A stretch of 64,000 nucleotides of DNA from Patescibacteria group bacterium (lineage in GTDB: Bacteria > Patescibacteriota > Microgenomatia > UBA8517), in assembly GCA_022868165.1 (NCBI GenBank), contig JALHYA010000004.1:16457-80456 (forward strand), written 5' to 3'. Under the pieces are notes generated by a model. The model made no database searches, had not been told where the DNA came from, and was given only the letters and a program-made list of their open reading frames with translations. Shown one piece after another: positions 18,494 to 28,526 of this stretch; position 1 is the stretch's first letter, and every line of letters begins with the position of its first letter. Made by a program: the position numbers and the translations under genes.

Positions 18494-18720
18494 AAAAAAT
18501 ATTTACCTTTTCTTTGACCGCTTACAAAAATACGTTATCTTGGATACTGAAAGTTCTCTTTGGCGGAGGGTGCAGATTCCAGCCAACCTGTAGCGAATAC
18601 GCCAAACAGTCGATTGAAAAATTCGGAGTAATTAACGGAACTGGTCTGGCGCTTAAAAGGTTGATTCACTGCCACCCCTTTGGGAGTTTTGGCTATGACC
18701 CCATTCCGGAAAAGACATGA
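18490..18720 (+). CDS. yidD: Membrane protein insertion efficiency factor YidD
   Basis: 'GGGCRFQPTCSEYAKQSIEKFG' signature. Confidence 0.85.
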   Translation: MKKIFTFSLTAYKNTLSWILKVLFGGGCRFQPTCSEYAKQSIEKFGVINGTGLALKRLIHCHPFGSFGYDPIPEKT

Positions 18721-19529
18721 ATATTTTTAACACATTGTTAATTCAGCCGTTGGCAAACGGCTTGATTCTTTTTTACAAACTTCTTTTTAGCAACATGGGC
18801 CTGGCGATTGTCGGTTTCTCTCTTTTTCTTCGGCTAATTTTAAATCCGCTAACAAAGCCCTATATGCAATCGATGAAGAAAATGAAGGAGTATGAGCCGC
18901 AACTGGCGAAACTAAAAGAGAAGTGGAAGGGAGATAAGACAAAGCTTGTACAGGCGCAGGCAGATTTTTATAAAGAAAAAGGCATAAATCCGGGGGCCGG
19001 GTGCCTTCCTTATATTTTGCAAATAGTCGTTTTAATAGCTCTTTTTAATGTGTTTGCTCGCGCACTTTCTACTTCCAACGAGGCAGTCACAAATTTTAAC
19101 AAGCTTCTTTATTCTCCCCTGAAGTTTGCAGAAAACCAAACAATAAATACGAAATTTTTATATTTGGACGTAACCAAACCGGACATTTTCCATATTCCGG
19201 GAGTACCTTTCCCTTTCCCCGGACCAATTTTGCTTCTTGCGGCCCTGGTGCAGTTTTTGTCCGCAAAGATGATGGCGCCTTTGGTCAAAGCCGAAGAAAA
19301 GGTTGCCGAGAAAACAAAGAGCGGAGTTGACGATATTCAAGTTGCCATGCAGTCTTCGATGACATTTACGTTTCCCCTGTTTACTATTATTTTTGGAATA
19401 AGTTTTCCCGCGGGACTCGCGCTGTATTGGTTCCTATTCTCGCTTTATCAGATGATTCAGCAATATCAAACCTCCGGGTGGGGGTCTCTTTCTCCTTTTG
19501 TACAAAAAGTGAGCTTCTGGCGTAAATAA
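18717..19529 (+). CDS. yidC: Membrane protein insertase YidC (short, Gram-positive/CPR type)
   Basis: 270 aa, 5-TM-like, conserved position in the rpmH-rnpA-yidD-yidC-jag operon. Confidence 0.8.
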   Translation: MNIFNTLLIQPLANGLILFYKLLFSNMGLAIVGFSLFLRLILNPLTKPYMQSMKKMKEYEPQLAKLKEKWKGDKTKLVQAQADFYKEKGINPGAGCLPYILQIVVLIALFNVFARALSTSNEAVTNFNKLLYSPLKFAENQTINTKFLYLDVTKPDIFHIPGVPFPFPGPILLLAALVQFLSAKMMAPLVKAEEKVAEKTKSGVDDIQVAMQSSMTFTFPLFTIIFGISFPAGLALYWFLFSLYQMIQQYQTSGWGSLSPFVQKVSFWRK

Positions 19530-19558
19530 GACATCTCTGCTAGAATTGGGGTTGCAAA

Positions 19559-20035
19559 ATGGCGGCAAAAAATAAAATCCTTGTGCAAGTTGATGAGGCG
19601 GCGAACGGCCTTCTAACCTTGATGGGGACAAAGGCTAAGGCCCGCGTTTATGAAGACAAAGAAAATCAAGCGATTCGGGTGGATATTGAAACAGAAGACG
19701 AAACGGGACTTTTGATAGGCCGACATGGAGAAACACTGGCCTCCATGGAAACGGCACTGGGGATGATGATAAGACAATCGGTCGGCGAATGGGTAAGAAT
19801 AATAGTAAACGTCGGCGATTGGAGAGAGCGCCAGGAAGACCACCTTAAGGAAATTGCCGAGCAGGCAATGGAGAGGGCAATCCAAACAGGAGAGCCGCAA
19901 CCGATTTATAATCTGACTCCGGCACAGAGAAGGATTGTTCACCTTGCCTTGTCGGAAAGCAAAGATGTGGAAACAGAGTCGGTCGGAGAAGGCTTGGAGC
20001 GATATTTGGTAGTTAAGCCCAAAGGCAAAAAGTAA
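19559..20035 (+). CDS. jag: Jag/KhpB RNA-binding protein (KH + R3H domains)
   Basis: 'LIGRHGETLASME' R3H signature; conserved position after yidC. Confidence 0.75.
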   Translation: MAAKNKILVQVDEAANGLLTLMGTKAKARVYEDKENQAIRVDIETEDETGLLIGRHGETLASMETALGMMIRQSVGEWVRIIVNVGDWRERQEDHLKEIAEQAMERAIQTGEPQPIYNLTPAQRRIVHLALSESKDVETESVGEGLERYLVVKPKGKK

Positions 20036-21225
20036 TGAGGTTCCTCGAAAAGATTTTCTTTTTCCTACTTATCTTTTTTCTTCCAACACAAATAGGCTTA
20101 CACCTTTGGCCAAACTGGTCTTTTGTCGCCGGAATTAGGGTCGATTATCTTTCCCCGACAATTTATTTAACGGATTTATTAATTCTGGGGATTTTACTAA
20201 CCTCACTAGTCAATCTCGGGTGGTATAAAAAGAGGAAATTCCTGGTTGTTGTGGCCGGCCTTTTGGTTTTCGCCATCATAAATTCATTGCGGGCGTTAAA
20301 TCCCTTGGTATCAATATTAAAGTGGGGGAAAGTTTTGGAGCTGACACTCTTGGCTTATTATATAATTGCTTCAAACCGCGAGAGAGTAAAGACACTAATA
20401 CTTAAGGCTCTCCCGTTTTCGATTGTAACCTTTGCCCTAATTGGGTTTTTACAGATTATTTTCCAAAAAACATTGGGCGGTCCTTTATATTATTTGGGAG
20501 AGAGAAGTTTCTCTGCGACCACCCCCGGCATCGCGCTTTACAACATTTTCGGGAAACTTCTTCTTAGGCCCTATTCAACCTTTCCTCACCCCAATGTTTT
20601 TGGCGCTTATATGTTTGTGGCAACATTAATATTTGTTGTTTTGAAAAGCAAAAAGTCCAGGTCGGACTATTTAGTTGTTCTAATTGGATTTTTGGCGTCT
20701 TTCTTGTCCGGGTCTTTAGCTGTTTATCTTGGAACAGTTGTTGTTTTATCCCTAAAATTTTTAGGAAAGAGTAGGGAAAAGCTAACAAAACTTATTCCGG
20801 CGGGGGCAATTCTTCTAAGCTTTGCTTTTTTGTTTCTCTCTCCACAACTTCTTTCGCAAAAATTTCCTGAAAGCATAGAAAAAAGAATTCTCTTGGCGAG
20901 AGCATCCGCAACCATGGTCTCAAAGTCGCCGTTATTGGGGGTAGGATTTAACAATTTTATCGTAAACCTTCCGGCCTATGCGGCAAAAGATTCTTCTTTG
21001 TGGATACTCCAACCGGTACACAATATTTTTCTTCTAACTTTTGTCGAGACAGGGATATTTGGCTTGTTATTGTTGGGATATTTATTTCAAAGGACATTAT
21101 CGAAAACATCCCCGCTAGCTTTAGCAATAGTTTTTGTTATCGTGACGGGAATGTTCGACCACTACTGGCTTACTCTCCAGCAACCCCAAATTTTGTTCGC
21201 TCTTTTGATCGGACTCCTGTGGTAA
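20035..21225 (+). CDS. O-antigen ligase (Wzy_C)-family polytopic membrane protein
   Basis: 396 aa, ~10 TM helices, 'HNIFLLTFVETGIFGLLLL' Wzy_C-like loop. Confidence 0.55.
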   Translation: MRFLEKIFFFLLIFFLPTQIGLHLWPNWSFVAGIRVDYLSPTIYLTDLLILGILLTSLVNLGWYKKRKFLVVVAGLLVFAIINSLRALNPLVSILKWGKVLELTLLAYYIIASNRERVKTLILKALPFSIVTFALIGFLQIIFQKTLGGPLYYLGERSFSATTPGIALYNIFGKLLLRPYSTFPHPNVFGAYMFVATLIFVVLKSKKSRSDYLVVLIGFLASFLSGSLAVYLGTVVVLSLKFLGKSREKLTKLIPAGAILLSFAFLFLSPQLLSQKFPESIEKRILLARASATMVSKSPLLGVGFNNFIVNLPAYAAKDSSLWILQPVHNIFLLTFVETGIFGLLLLGYLFQRTLSKTSPLALAIVFVIVTGMFDHYWLTLQQPQILFALLIGLLW

Positions 21226-21237
21226 ACTAGCAAGACA

Positions 21238-21657
21238 ATGGAGAGCAAACTTTCGATTTATTCCGACGGAGGAGCAAGGGGGAATCCCGGGCCCGCAGCC
21301 TGCGGCGTAGTTTTTTCAAAAGACGGTAAAGTAGTTTTTAAAGGCTCAAAATTTTTAGGAGAAACTACAAATAACGTTGCAGAATATCGCGGAGTAATTT
21401 TTGCCTTGGAAACGCTTTCAAAAAACCGTGAGTGGAGTGCAGATGCACCTGTAGATTTATTTCTGGACTCAGAACTAATAGCTCATCAGCTAAACGGAAA
21501 ATACAAAATTAAAAATCAACTGTTGGCAACGCTTTCTTTTGAAGTAAAAAAGTTGGAAAAACACCTTTCGACAAAAATTATTTATCAACACATTCCCCGG
21601 TCCAAAAATTCTATCGCGGATTTTCTGGTTAATGAAGAATTGGACAAACATCAGTGA
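21238..21657 (+). CDS. rnhA: Ribonuclease HI
   Basis: 'YSDGGARGNPGPAACGVV' RNase H N-terminal signature, 139 aa. Confidence 0.8.
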   Translation: MESKLSIYSDGGARGNPGPAACGVVFSKDGKVVFKGSKFLGETTNNVAEYRGVIFALETLSKNREWSADAPVDLFLDSELIAHQLNGKYKIKNQLLATLSFEVKKLEKHLSTKIIYQHIPRSKNSIADFLVNEELDKHQ

Positions 21658-21720
21658 AAATTTCACGTTGCCCGTAATTTTCTTGATAATTCCACGTCTG
21701 TCATTTGGAAAATTGAAAGT

Positions 21721-24462
21721 TTGCGGAGATTGGCCTACGATAAGTCTACAATGAAGAGCTCGAGTAGTCCCTCTTTTGTGATAAGCAACAGACCTGCAGT
21801 TTCTGTCTTTGCCGATTTTGATGTTTTACCACTTAGCTTATTGGAAAAACTTCTTGCCAATTTTTGCAAGGTAAAAATATTTTCAGAAGATATCATGGCT
21901 TGGCAGGAAAAAACATTGCATCTTGGACACGCGAGATACTTTAGTTTTGCAAGCTATAGTGCTTTTTCTGAACTAAAGGGGTCCTCTTACGTGATTTATG
22001 TGAATCTTTACCCCGAGAATCTGGCCAGGGAGGAAAGAATAATTAAAGAAATAATAAAGTATTCTTCCGAAAACTTTGAAAAGGCAATTTTTGTTCTCCC
22101 CTATTTTTTAGAAACCGAAGAGCAGAAAAAACTTTGCACTTTTGTTAAGACTCAAATTGGAAAAGAGGAAAATTTTGAGCTTATTTATGTTGGACAAATT
22201 TTTTCTCCAAGGATGGTATTAAAAAGAGGGATTCTGCTCCATGAAATGTTAAGCGATTTGGAAAGAGGCTCCCGCCTAAAAATTCCCGACAACAATTTTG
22301 AAGTTTATCCAACCTTCGCAGTTGATGTTGCAAGAGAAGTCGTTAAGTCTTTGTTTTCTTTCGGATATTTTGGGCAGGAGGTATCAATGTACTCTGCAAA
22401 AACTACTTTTGATAATTTTGTTAAATATCTCGCCAGATTAAGACAAACCGAAAGCCCTATTGAAGCCGGAACTAAATATGTCAGGGCACCGGGGGTCGAC
22501 AAAGAAATTCATATTGCAAAAAATCTTGAAAGTTTTGTGCCCGACACTGTCGAATGGTTTCAGCAAAACCCCGGCGAAGTTCTTCCTCAAATCAAACCCA
22601 GAGAAGCTAGTAGGGTTAAAGAGGCGGCAGTTAAAGTTTCCTTCCCCAGAATTAAAAGAATATTGACCAACCCCATGTTTGTTTGGGGTGGGGGGTTGGT
22701 AGTTGGTTTCCTTCTGCTGCCGTTTTTGATGCTGATAATTAGCATTCTCAGCTTAGTCATTTTCGGGAAAACATTTGTAACCGGAAAACTTGTTTTGGCC
22801 GAAAGCGCAGCGGGGTTTGTTGGTGTCACGGCCAATTTGGCAAACAAAGAGTCGGGGTTTCTTATGCAAATCCCTCTTTTGGGAATGCCATACAAGGAGA
22901 CGGCTTCTTTGGGAAATATAATTGAAGATTCTTCTGTTATTGCCAAGCGGGCCGTATCAATAGCAAAACAAGGCAAAAGCCTTGTAAAAAACATTTTAGG
23001 AAAAGATTCTTATAACTTAAGTGGCGCATCCGAGTCCTTGGGGCTGGATTTGGATGTTCTCTATAAAGACTTGGGGTTTCTCCAGGGAGAGATCAACGAC
23101 CTAATGCCGATTAGCGCAAGGCTTGTGGCGCCGCTAACCGCACGCATAGATTTGGGCCAACTAAAAGAACGGCTCTTTTTTGGCAAAACCGCTGTCGATA
23201 ACTTACCCGATCTTTTGGGTGCGGACAAACAGAAAAGTTATCTAGTTCTTTTGCAAAACAATATGGAGCTTAGGCCAACCGGGGGATTTATCGGCTCATA
23301 CGCCCTTTTAACATTTGACCAAGGAAAATTGGTTGATACAAACGTCTCCGATATTTACTCTGCAGACGGGCAACTTCAGGGGCATGTTGAACCGCCGGCT
23401 CCTATTAAAAAATACCTGGGAGAAGCGAATTGGTATTTAAGAGACTCTAATTGGGATCCGGACTTTCCAACCTCGGCAACCCGCGCGGAATGGTTTTTGG
23501 GAAAAGAAATCAACAAATCCGTCGATGGAGTTATCGGAATTGACCTCGAGTTTATCAAGGGTCTAATTAAGGTAACCGGGCCAATTACGCTTTCCGATTT
23601 CAATCAAACGATTGGTTCGTCCGACCTTTACGAAAAAACCCAAACCCAGGTCGAAAAAGATTTTTTTCCGGGATCTCAGAAAAAGACAAATTACCTCACG
23701 GCACTTACCCGAACACTTTTGACGAATTTGGAAAATCCTTCGGATTCATTAATCTTGGGATTTTCAAAAGAAACATTCGCAGCCCTTAACGCAAGGCATA
23801 TCCAGGTATTTGTACATAACCGCGACGTACAAAACGCATTGTCAAACATCGGTTGGGATGGCGCAGTCAATCAGCCGACTTGCGAAGGCAACTGTTATCC
23901 TGATTGGGTTGGAATAGTTGATGCAAATGTGGGCGTAAATAAGGCAAATTACTATATAGGGAGAGAATCGTCTTTGGGGGTTAGATTTGACAACGACAAT
24001 ATTACCAGAGAGTTAACAATTAATTATAAAAATAGCGCGAATACAGTACTTGGAGCCGGAGCAAAATATAAAAATTATGTAAGAATCCTAGCCCCAAAAG
24101 GAGCCGACTTTGCAGACGTGCAAGTGACAATTGGAGACAAAACACAAACGATAAAGCCCGAAATTAACGACACACAGGGAAGAAGAGAAGCCGGTGTTTT
24201 GATAGAAATCCCTGCGGGGGCTAAAGCCTCGGCTAAGTTTGTTTGGCAAACTCCACTGGGCATCTCTTTCGGTCAGCCCGGAGAGTACAGACTCTATGTA
24301 CGCAAACAGGCAGGAACAATTGCAGACACAATAACCTTGAAGTTTTCTTTTCCCGAGGGGGTTGTCGCAAAAACCAGCCCAAAGCCTACCTTGACCGTCG
24401 AGGGAAGCCTCGAGTATAATACGACTCTGGCTGGCGATTTATTTGCGCTCAGCCGCTGGTAG
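21721..24462 (+). CDS. Large (913 aa) membrane-anchored protein: ~300-aa cytoplasmic N-domain, one TM, large extracellular domain; unknown function
   Basis: Long ORF, TM 'MFVWGGGLVVGFLLLPFLMLIISILSLVIF'. Confidence 0.5.
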   Translation: MRRLAYDKSTMKSSSSPSFVISNRPAVSVFADFDVLPLSLLEKLLANFCKVKIFSEDIMAWQEKTLHLGHARYFSFASYSAFSELKGSSYVIYVNLYPENLAREERIIKEIIKYSSENFEKAIFVLPYFLETEEQKKLCTFVKTQIGKEENFELIYVGQIFSPRMVLKRGILLHEMLSDLERGSRLKIPDNNFEVYPTFAVDVAREVVKSLFSFGYFGQEVSMYSAKTTFDNFVKYLARLRQTESPIEAGTKYVRAPGVDKEIHIAKNLESFVPDTVEWFQQNPGEVLPQIKPREASRVKEAAVKVSFPRIKRILTNPMFVWGGGLVVGFLLLPFLMLIISILSLVIFGKTFVTGKLVLAESAAGFVGVTANLANKESGFLMQIPLLGMPYKETASLGNIIEDSSVIAKRAVSIAKQGKSLVKNILGKDSYNLSGASESLGLDLDVLYKDLGFLQGEINDLMPISARLVAPLTARIDLGQLKERLFFGKTAVDNLPDLLGADKQKSYLVLLQNNMELRPTGGFIGSYALLTFDQGKLVDTNVSDIYSADGQLQGHVEPPAPIKKYLGEANWYLRDSNWDPDFPTSATRAEWFLGKEINKSVDGVIGIDLEFIKGLIKVTGPITLSDFNQTIGSSDLYEKTQTQVEKDFFPGSQKKTNYLTALTRTLLTNLENPSDSLILGFSKETFAALNARHIQVFVHNRDVQNALSNIGWDGAVNQPTCEGNCYPDWVGIVDANVGVNKANYYIGRESSLGVRFDNDNITRELTINYKNSANTVLGAGAKYKNYVRILAPKGADFADVQVTIGDKTQTIKPEINDTQGRREAGVLIEIPAGAKASAKFVWQTPLGISFGQPGEYRLYVRKQAGTIADTITLKFSFPEGVVAKTSPKPTLTVEGSLEYNTTLAGDLFALSRW

Positions 24463-24466
24463 AAAA

Positions 24467-25174
24467 ATGGACAAAATAACTTTAGCGGCAGAAAAAAGAA
24501 GTGTTGTTGGTAGAAAAGTAAAAACTTTAAGAAAAGAAGGGTATTTGCCAGCAAACGTTTTCGGAAAAGGAATTAAATCCGAATCTTTGCAGGTAAAACT
24601 TTCCGACTTTCAAGATACCTATAAAAAGGTTGGAGAAACTGGACTTCTTTACCTTTCTATCAAAAACGGAAAAGTTGAAGAAAAACCCGTGTTGGTTTCC
24701 AATGTCCAACTTCAGCCCGTATCCGACACTCCCATTCATGTAGATTTCCACCAGGTTGATCTTAAGGAGAAAGTTACGGCTGCGGTTCCCGTAGAGATTA
24801 GCGGGGAAGCGCCGGCGGAAAAAGGAGGAATAGGCACTGTCGTTCAATATATCGACGAAATCGAGGTCGAGGCACTTCCGACCGATCTTCCCGAGAAGTT
24901 TATTTTAGATATCTCAAATTTGACCGAAGTGGACCAGGCGATTTTTGTCAAAGATTTACCGGTCGATAAGGCAAAGGTTGACATTAAGACGGATGCCGAA
25001 GGGATTATTGCTAAAGTAGAACCTCCTCAAAAGGAAGAGGTTGCACCTGTCGCTGAGGTTCCCGTAGAGGGAGCAGTTCCGGCGGAAGGAGCTCCTGAGG
25101 GTGTTGTGCCGGCCGAGGGAGAAGCTCCGGCCGCGGAAGAAAATGAGCCCCAAGAAAAAAAGCCTAAGGAGTAG
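24467..25174 (+). CDS. rplY: 50S ribosomal protein L25 / general stress protein Ctc with acidic Pro/Glu/Ala-rich tail
   Basis: 'MDKITLAAEKRSVVGRKVKTLRKEGYLPANVFGKG' L25 N-terminal signature. Confidence 0.8.
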   Translation: MDKITLAAEKRSVVGRKVKTLRKEGYLPANVFGKGIKSESLQVKLSDFQDTYKKVGETGLLYLSIKNGKVEEKPVLVSNVQLQPVSDTPIHVDFHQVDLKEKVTAAVPVEISGEAPAEKGGIGTVVQYIDEIEVEALPTDLPEKFILDISNLTEVDQAIFVKDLPVDKAKVDIKTDAEGIIAKVEPPQKEEVAPVAEVPVEGAVPAEGAPEGVVPAEGEAPAAEENEPQEKKPKE

Positions 25175-25547
25175 TATTTAAGGCGCTTTCCAAATTTCTG
25201 ACTTCGCTTGAGTTCGGATCTATTTCCTTGGCGCGATCGAGATATGAAAGTGCGGCCTTATTGTCTCCGGACTTTATCTCGAGTTTTGCCAATTCCACCC
25301 ATCCTGACAAATAATTTGGGTACTTTGCTACGAGATTTTGCCAATAGAGAATTTCCTCTTGGGTTGTGGCCCTTTGACTGCTTGTCCCAAGAACCTTCCT
25401 ATTTAAAAAGAAGCTAGCGTTAAAAGTCGAAAGCGAAAAAATTATTATTGCCGCGCAACAGGAGCATAAAAACACGACTTCTTTGCTGAATTTGAGACGC
25501 AATTTCTTTTTCGATTTTTTTGGGGGTTGCTGGACAGGTTCTTTCAT
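25164..25547 (-). CDS. Small TM + TPR-repeat protein (start moved to the internal Met)
   Basis: TPR-like 'YWQNLVAKYPNYLSGWVELAKLEIKSGDNKAALSYLDRAKEIDPNS'. The longer ORF to 25787 has a Gly/Val-rich extension that is the antisense translation of the Pro/Thr-rich region of the + strand gene. Confidence 0.45.
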   Translation of the reverse strand: MKEPVQQPPKKSKKKLRLKFSKEVVFLCSCCAAIIIFSLSTFNASFFLNRKVLGTSSQRATTQEEILYWQNLVAKYPNYLSGWVELAKLEIKSGDNKAALSYLDRAKEIDPNSSEVRNLESALNTTP

Positions 25548-25566
25548 GCTGTATAATAAATTAATT

Positions 25567-26361
25567 ATGGATGACAACCTGCCGAATCCGCAAGGGGATA
25601 CCCAGAACCTTGCCAAAATGACAACTCCACCTACTGGAACACCTCCCATACCTCCAACCACGCCGGCTCCTTCTGCGTCGGTCTTAACTCCGACACCAAC
25701 CCCGCCGCCGACCCCCCCAGTGCCTAGTGCCTCAAAGCCTAATTTGATGCTTTGGATTTCTTTGGGAATTTTGGCGTTGGCCGCCATTGCGGGCGGAGCA
25801 TATTATTTCCTCAAGGGAACCTCGACAAAGCCAGTACCCACGCCGGTACCCGTTGCCCCAACTCCAATCCCAACCCCGGTAGATAGAACCACCGGTTGGC
25901 TGACTTATACAAACACAAAGAATAATTTTTCTTTCAAATATCGCCCGGACGCCAAGGTTCAGGAGCAAACAGACGGAACAATAAATCTTACCCTTTTGGG
26001 ACCGACTCAAAAAACAGGAACCGAATTTTTCGACGGACTAAACATGACTTTTAAGCCGGGAAGTCTAGGAGGCTTAACGCTTAAAACCTTTGTCGACAAA
26101 AAAATGACTGTGCTTTCCACTGAGGGGGTTGTTTCGGCGACAACCAGCGCAACCATAGCCCAAATGGTAGGGTATAAATTCCATTTGGAGACCATTGTGC
26201 CCTCCGATTATTATTATCTTCCCTTGGGAACGACTTCATACTTGGAAATTGTTGATTTGACCAGAGACCCTTCAAGCCAAGGTTTTGAGCAAAACGCCCA
26301 AGACACGCTCTCGACTATTACGTTTGGTGTAGCTAGCCCATCGGCAACTCCCGCGATTTAA
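25567..26361 (+). CDS. Pro/Thr-rich, N-terminally anchored secreted protein
   Basis: PT-rich linker, TM 'LMLWISLGILALAAIAGGAYYFL', globular C-domain; preceded by GCTGTATAAT 9 nt before the ATG (leaderless-type promoter). Confidence 0.55.
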   Translation: MDDNLPNPQGDTQNLAKMTTPPTGTPPIPPTTPAPSASVLTPTPTPPPTPPVPSASKPNLMLWISLGILALAAIAGGAYYFLKGTSTKPVPTPVPVAPTPIPTPVDRTTGWLTYTNTKNNFSFKYRPDAKVQEQTDGTINLTLLGPTQKTGTEFFDGLNMTFKPGSLGGLTLKTFVDKKMTVLSTEGVVSATTSATIAQMVGYKFHLETIVPSDYYYLPLGTTSYLEIVDLTRDPSSQGFEQNAQDTLSTITFGVASPSATPAI

Positions 26362-28511
26362 GTTTTGGGCCAAGAAGCATTAATTAAAATAGGGGAGTCG
26401 AACCGTTCTTTTCCTTCTTGCCAAATTACTTCACTGACAAACGGCATAAACGGATGAATAAGTTTTAGAGATTCTTGTAAAACAAACTCCAAAGTTTTCT
26501 GAGCCTGCTCACGCCTATCTTTGCTTTTTTCGATGTATTCATCCGCAAATTTATGCCAGACAAATTCGTATATTTCTCCTGCAGCCTCATTGAGTCTATA
26601 TTTATCAAGCGCCTTGGTTACTTTGCTTGTCGTGCTTTTGAGCTCTTTTAATATTTTTTTGTCTTCGTCGTTCTTTTTAGCTTTTGAAGACGGTTGGGCC
26701 AGCACAAACCTTGCAATATTCCAAACCTTGTTGGCAAAGTTTCTTTGACCGCGAATATTGTCTTCGGAAAGGGAAATATCGTTTTCCACCAAAGCTCCCC
26801 AGACCATTCCCATTCTCATAGCATCCGCCCCGTATTTATTGGCCATGTCAATCGGGTCAATTACATTTCCCTTTGACTTGGAAATCTTTTGTCCTTCCTT
26901 ATCCCTAACCAATCCATGAATTACAACGTCTCTAAATGGAACATCGCCGGTTGCATAAAGCCCGAGCATGATCATTCTTATGACCCAGAAAGGGAGAATA
27001 TCGTAGGCCGTTTCCATAACTGAGGTTGGATAAAAATAGTTGTAGTCTTCGAATTTTTCTTTATTGGAAATTCCACTCGACGATAGGAGAGTGGCATATG
27101 GCCATTGGCCAGACGAAAACCAGGTGTCGAAGGTGTCCGGGTCCTGAACAAACTTGTCGTGCCCACAACTGGGGCATTTGACAGGCTCAGCCCCGTCTGT
27201 AACGGTCCACTTCATACATTTGTCGCAGCGAAAAGCCGGAATTCTTATTCCCCAGACAATTTGTCTTGAAATATTCCAATCCCTGAGGTTTTTAAGCCAG
27301 TGCTTGGCAATTTTTTCGTAGCGTTCTGAAACAAATTTCACTTGACCTTTAGTTATGGCTTCCAGTGCTTTTTTGGCCAAGGGCGTGATTTTTATAAACC
27401 ATTGTTTTGAAAGCATCGGCTCAATTAGGCCCTTGTCCCTATAGCAAAGTCCAACCACGTGCGCTATTTTTTCTATCTTTTTGATTTTGCCGGCCGCTTC
27501 GAGGTCTTTTACAACTTCTTGTCTTGCTTCTTCCACTTTCATTCCGACATATTTAGAGGGAGTATTCTTCATCCTTCCGGCCTCATCGATTACGCTGACA
27601 ATTTGCAGCTTGTGCTTTTGCCCGATTTCAAAGTCGGTCGCATCATGCCCTGGAGTAATTTTGAGAGCTCCCGTTCCGAAATCTTTATCAACCAAAACAT
27701 CCTCAATTATCGGAAGCTCACGCTCAACCAAGGGTAAGAGGGCGGTTTTGCCGACAATGTCTTTATATCTAGCATCATTGGGATTAACCGCAACCGCAAC
27801 ATCCGCAAATATCGTTTCCGGCCGGGTTGTGGCGATTGTGATTGTTCCGTAGTCCAGATAATACAAATTGTCTTCCCGTTCAACCGAATCAACCTCAAGC
27901 TGTGAATATGCCGTGCCGCAGCGGGGACAATAGTTAACTATTCTTTCGCCCCTATAAACCAACCCTTCGTCATAGAGCTTTTTGAATGTTTTATAGACTA
28001 TCTTGATAATTTCGGGGTCGAGGGTAAATTTGTTTCTTGTCCAGTCGCAGGAAGCACCCAAAATTCTAAGCTGACTTTCCATGGTGGATTTATTTTTTTG
28101 AACATCATCCCAAATCATCTTATAAAGTGTGTCTCGGTCATAGTCGAAGCGGCTTTTGCCTTCGACTCTTAGCTTCCTTTCAAAAACAAACTGCGTTTCA
28201 ATTCCGGCATGGTCTGCGCCCGGAAGCCAAAGCGTGGATTCGCCCTTCATCCTGTGATAACGAATTAAAATATCTTCGATTGCGATAAAACGTGCATGGC
28301 CAACATGTAGAGGGTCGGAAGCATTGGGAGGAGGCATAATTATGGTGAACGGAGGCATCCGACGTCCTGAGCTCTTCGAGTCTGAGCCTGAGGGCTCATC
28401 CCTCAGAGTCGAATGACTTGTCGAAGGAAGGCTTGGGCTAAAGGCGCCGGACTTTTCCCACATTTCATAGATTTTCGCCTCAAAAAGAGCGTGATTATAT
28501 GCCTTGTCCAT
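26358..28511 (-). CDS. valS: Valine--tRNA ligase (compact class I aaRS)
   Basis: HIGH 'PLHVGHARF'; 'IRYHRMKGESTLWLPGADHAGIETQFVFERKL' ValRS-specific block; 'TRPETIFADVAVAVNPNDARY'; KMSKS 'KISKSKGNVIDP'. Confidence 0.75.
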   Translation of the reverse strand: MDKAYNHALFEAKIYEMWEKSGAFSPSLPSTSHSTLRDEPSGSDSKSSGRRMPPFTIIMPPPNASDPLHVGHARFIAIEDILIRYHRMKGESTLWLPGADHAGIETQFVFERKLRVEGKSRFDYDRDTLYKMIWDDVQKNKSTMESQLRILGASCDWTRNKFTLDPEIIKIVYKTFKKLYDEGLVYRGERIVNYCPRCGTAYSQLEVDSVEREDNLYYLDYGTITIATTRPETIFADVAVAVNPNDARYKDIVGKTALLPLVERELPIIEDVLVDKDFGTGALKITPGHDATDFEIGQKHKLQIVSVIDEAGRMKNTPSKYVGMKVEEARQEVVKDLEAAGKIKKIEKIAHVVGLCYRDKGLIEPMLSKQWFIKITPLAKKALEAITKGQVKFVSERYEKIAKHWLKNLRDWNISRQIVWGIRIPAFRCDKCMKWTVTDGAEPVKCPSCGHDKFVQDPDTFDTWFSSGQWPYATLLSSSGISNKEKFEDYNYFYPTSVMETAYDILPFWVIRMIMLGLYATGDVPFRDVVIHGLVRDKEGQKISKSKGNVIDPIDMANKYGADAMRMGMVWGALVENDISLSEDNIRGQRNFANKVWNIARFVLAQPSSKAKKNDEDKKILKELKSTTSKVTKALDKYRLNEAAGEIYEFVWHKFADEYIEKSKDRREQAQKTLEFVLQESLKLIHPFMPFVSEVIWQEGKERFDSPILINASWPKT

Positions 28512-28526
28512 GCTGATGCTATTATA

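Noticed and set aside
25548-25787. Gly/Val-rich N-terminal extension of the minus-strand TPR ORF (GGVGGGVGVGV...)
   Set aside because: It is the antisense translation of the CCN-rich Pro/Thr linker of the + strand gene 25567-26361 (complement gives GGN Gly codons), a classic shadow ORF. The TPR gene more likely starts at the internal Met (25547).
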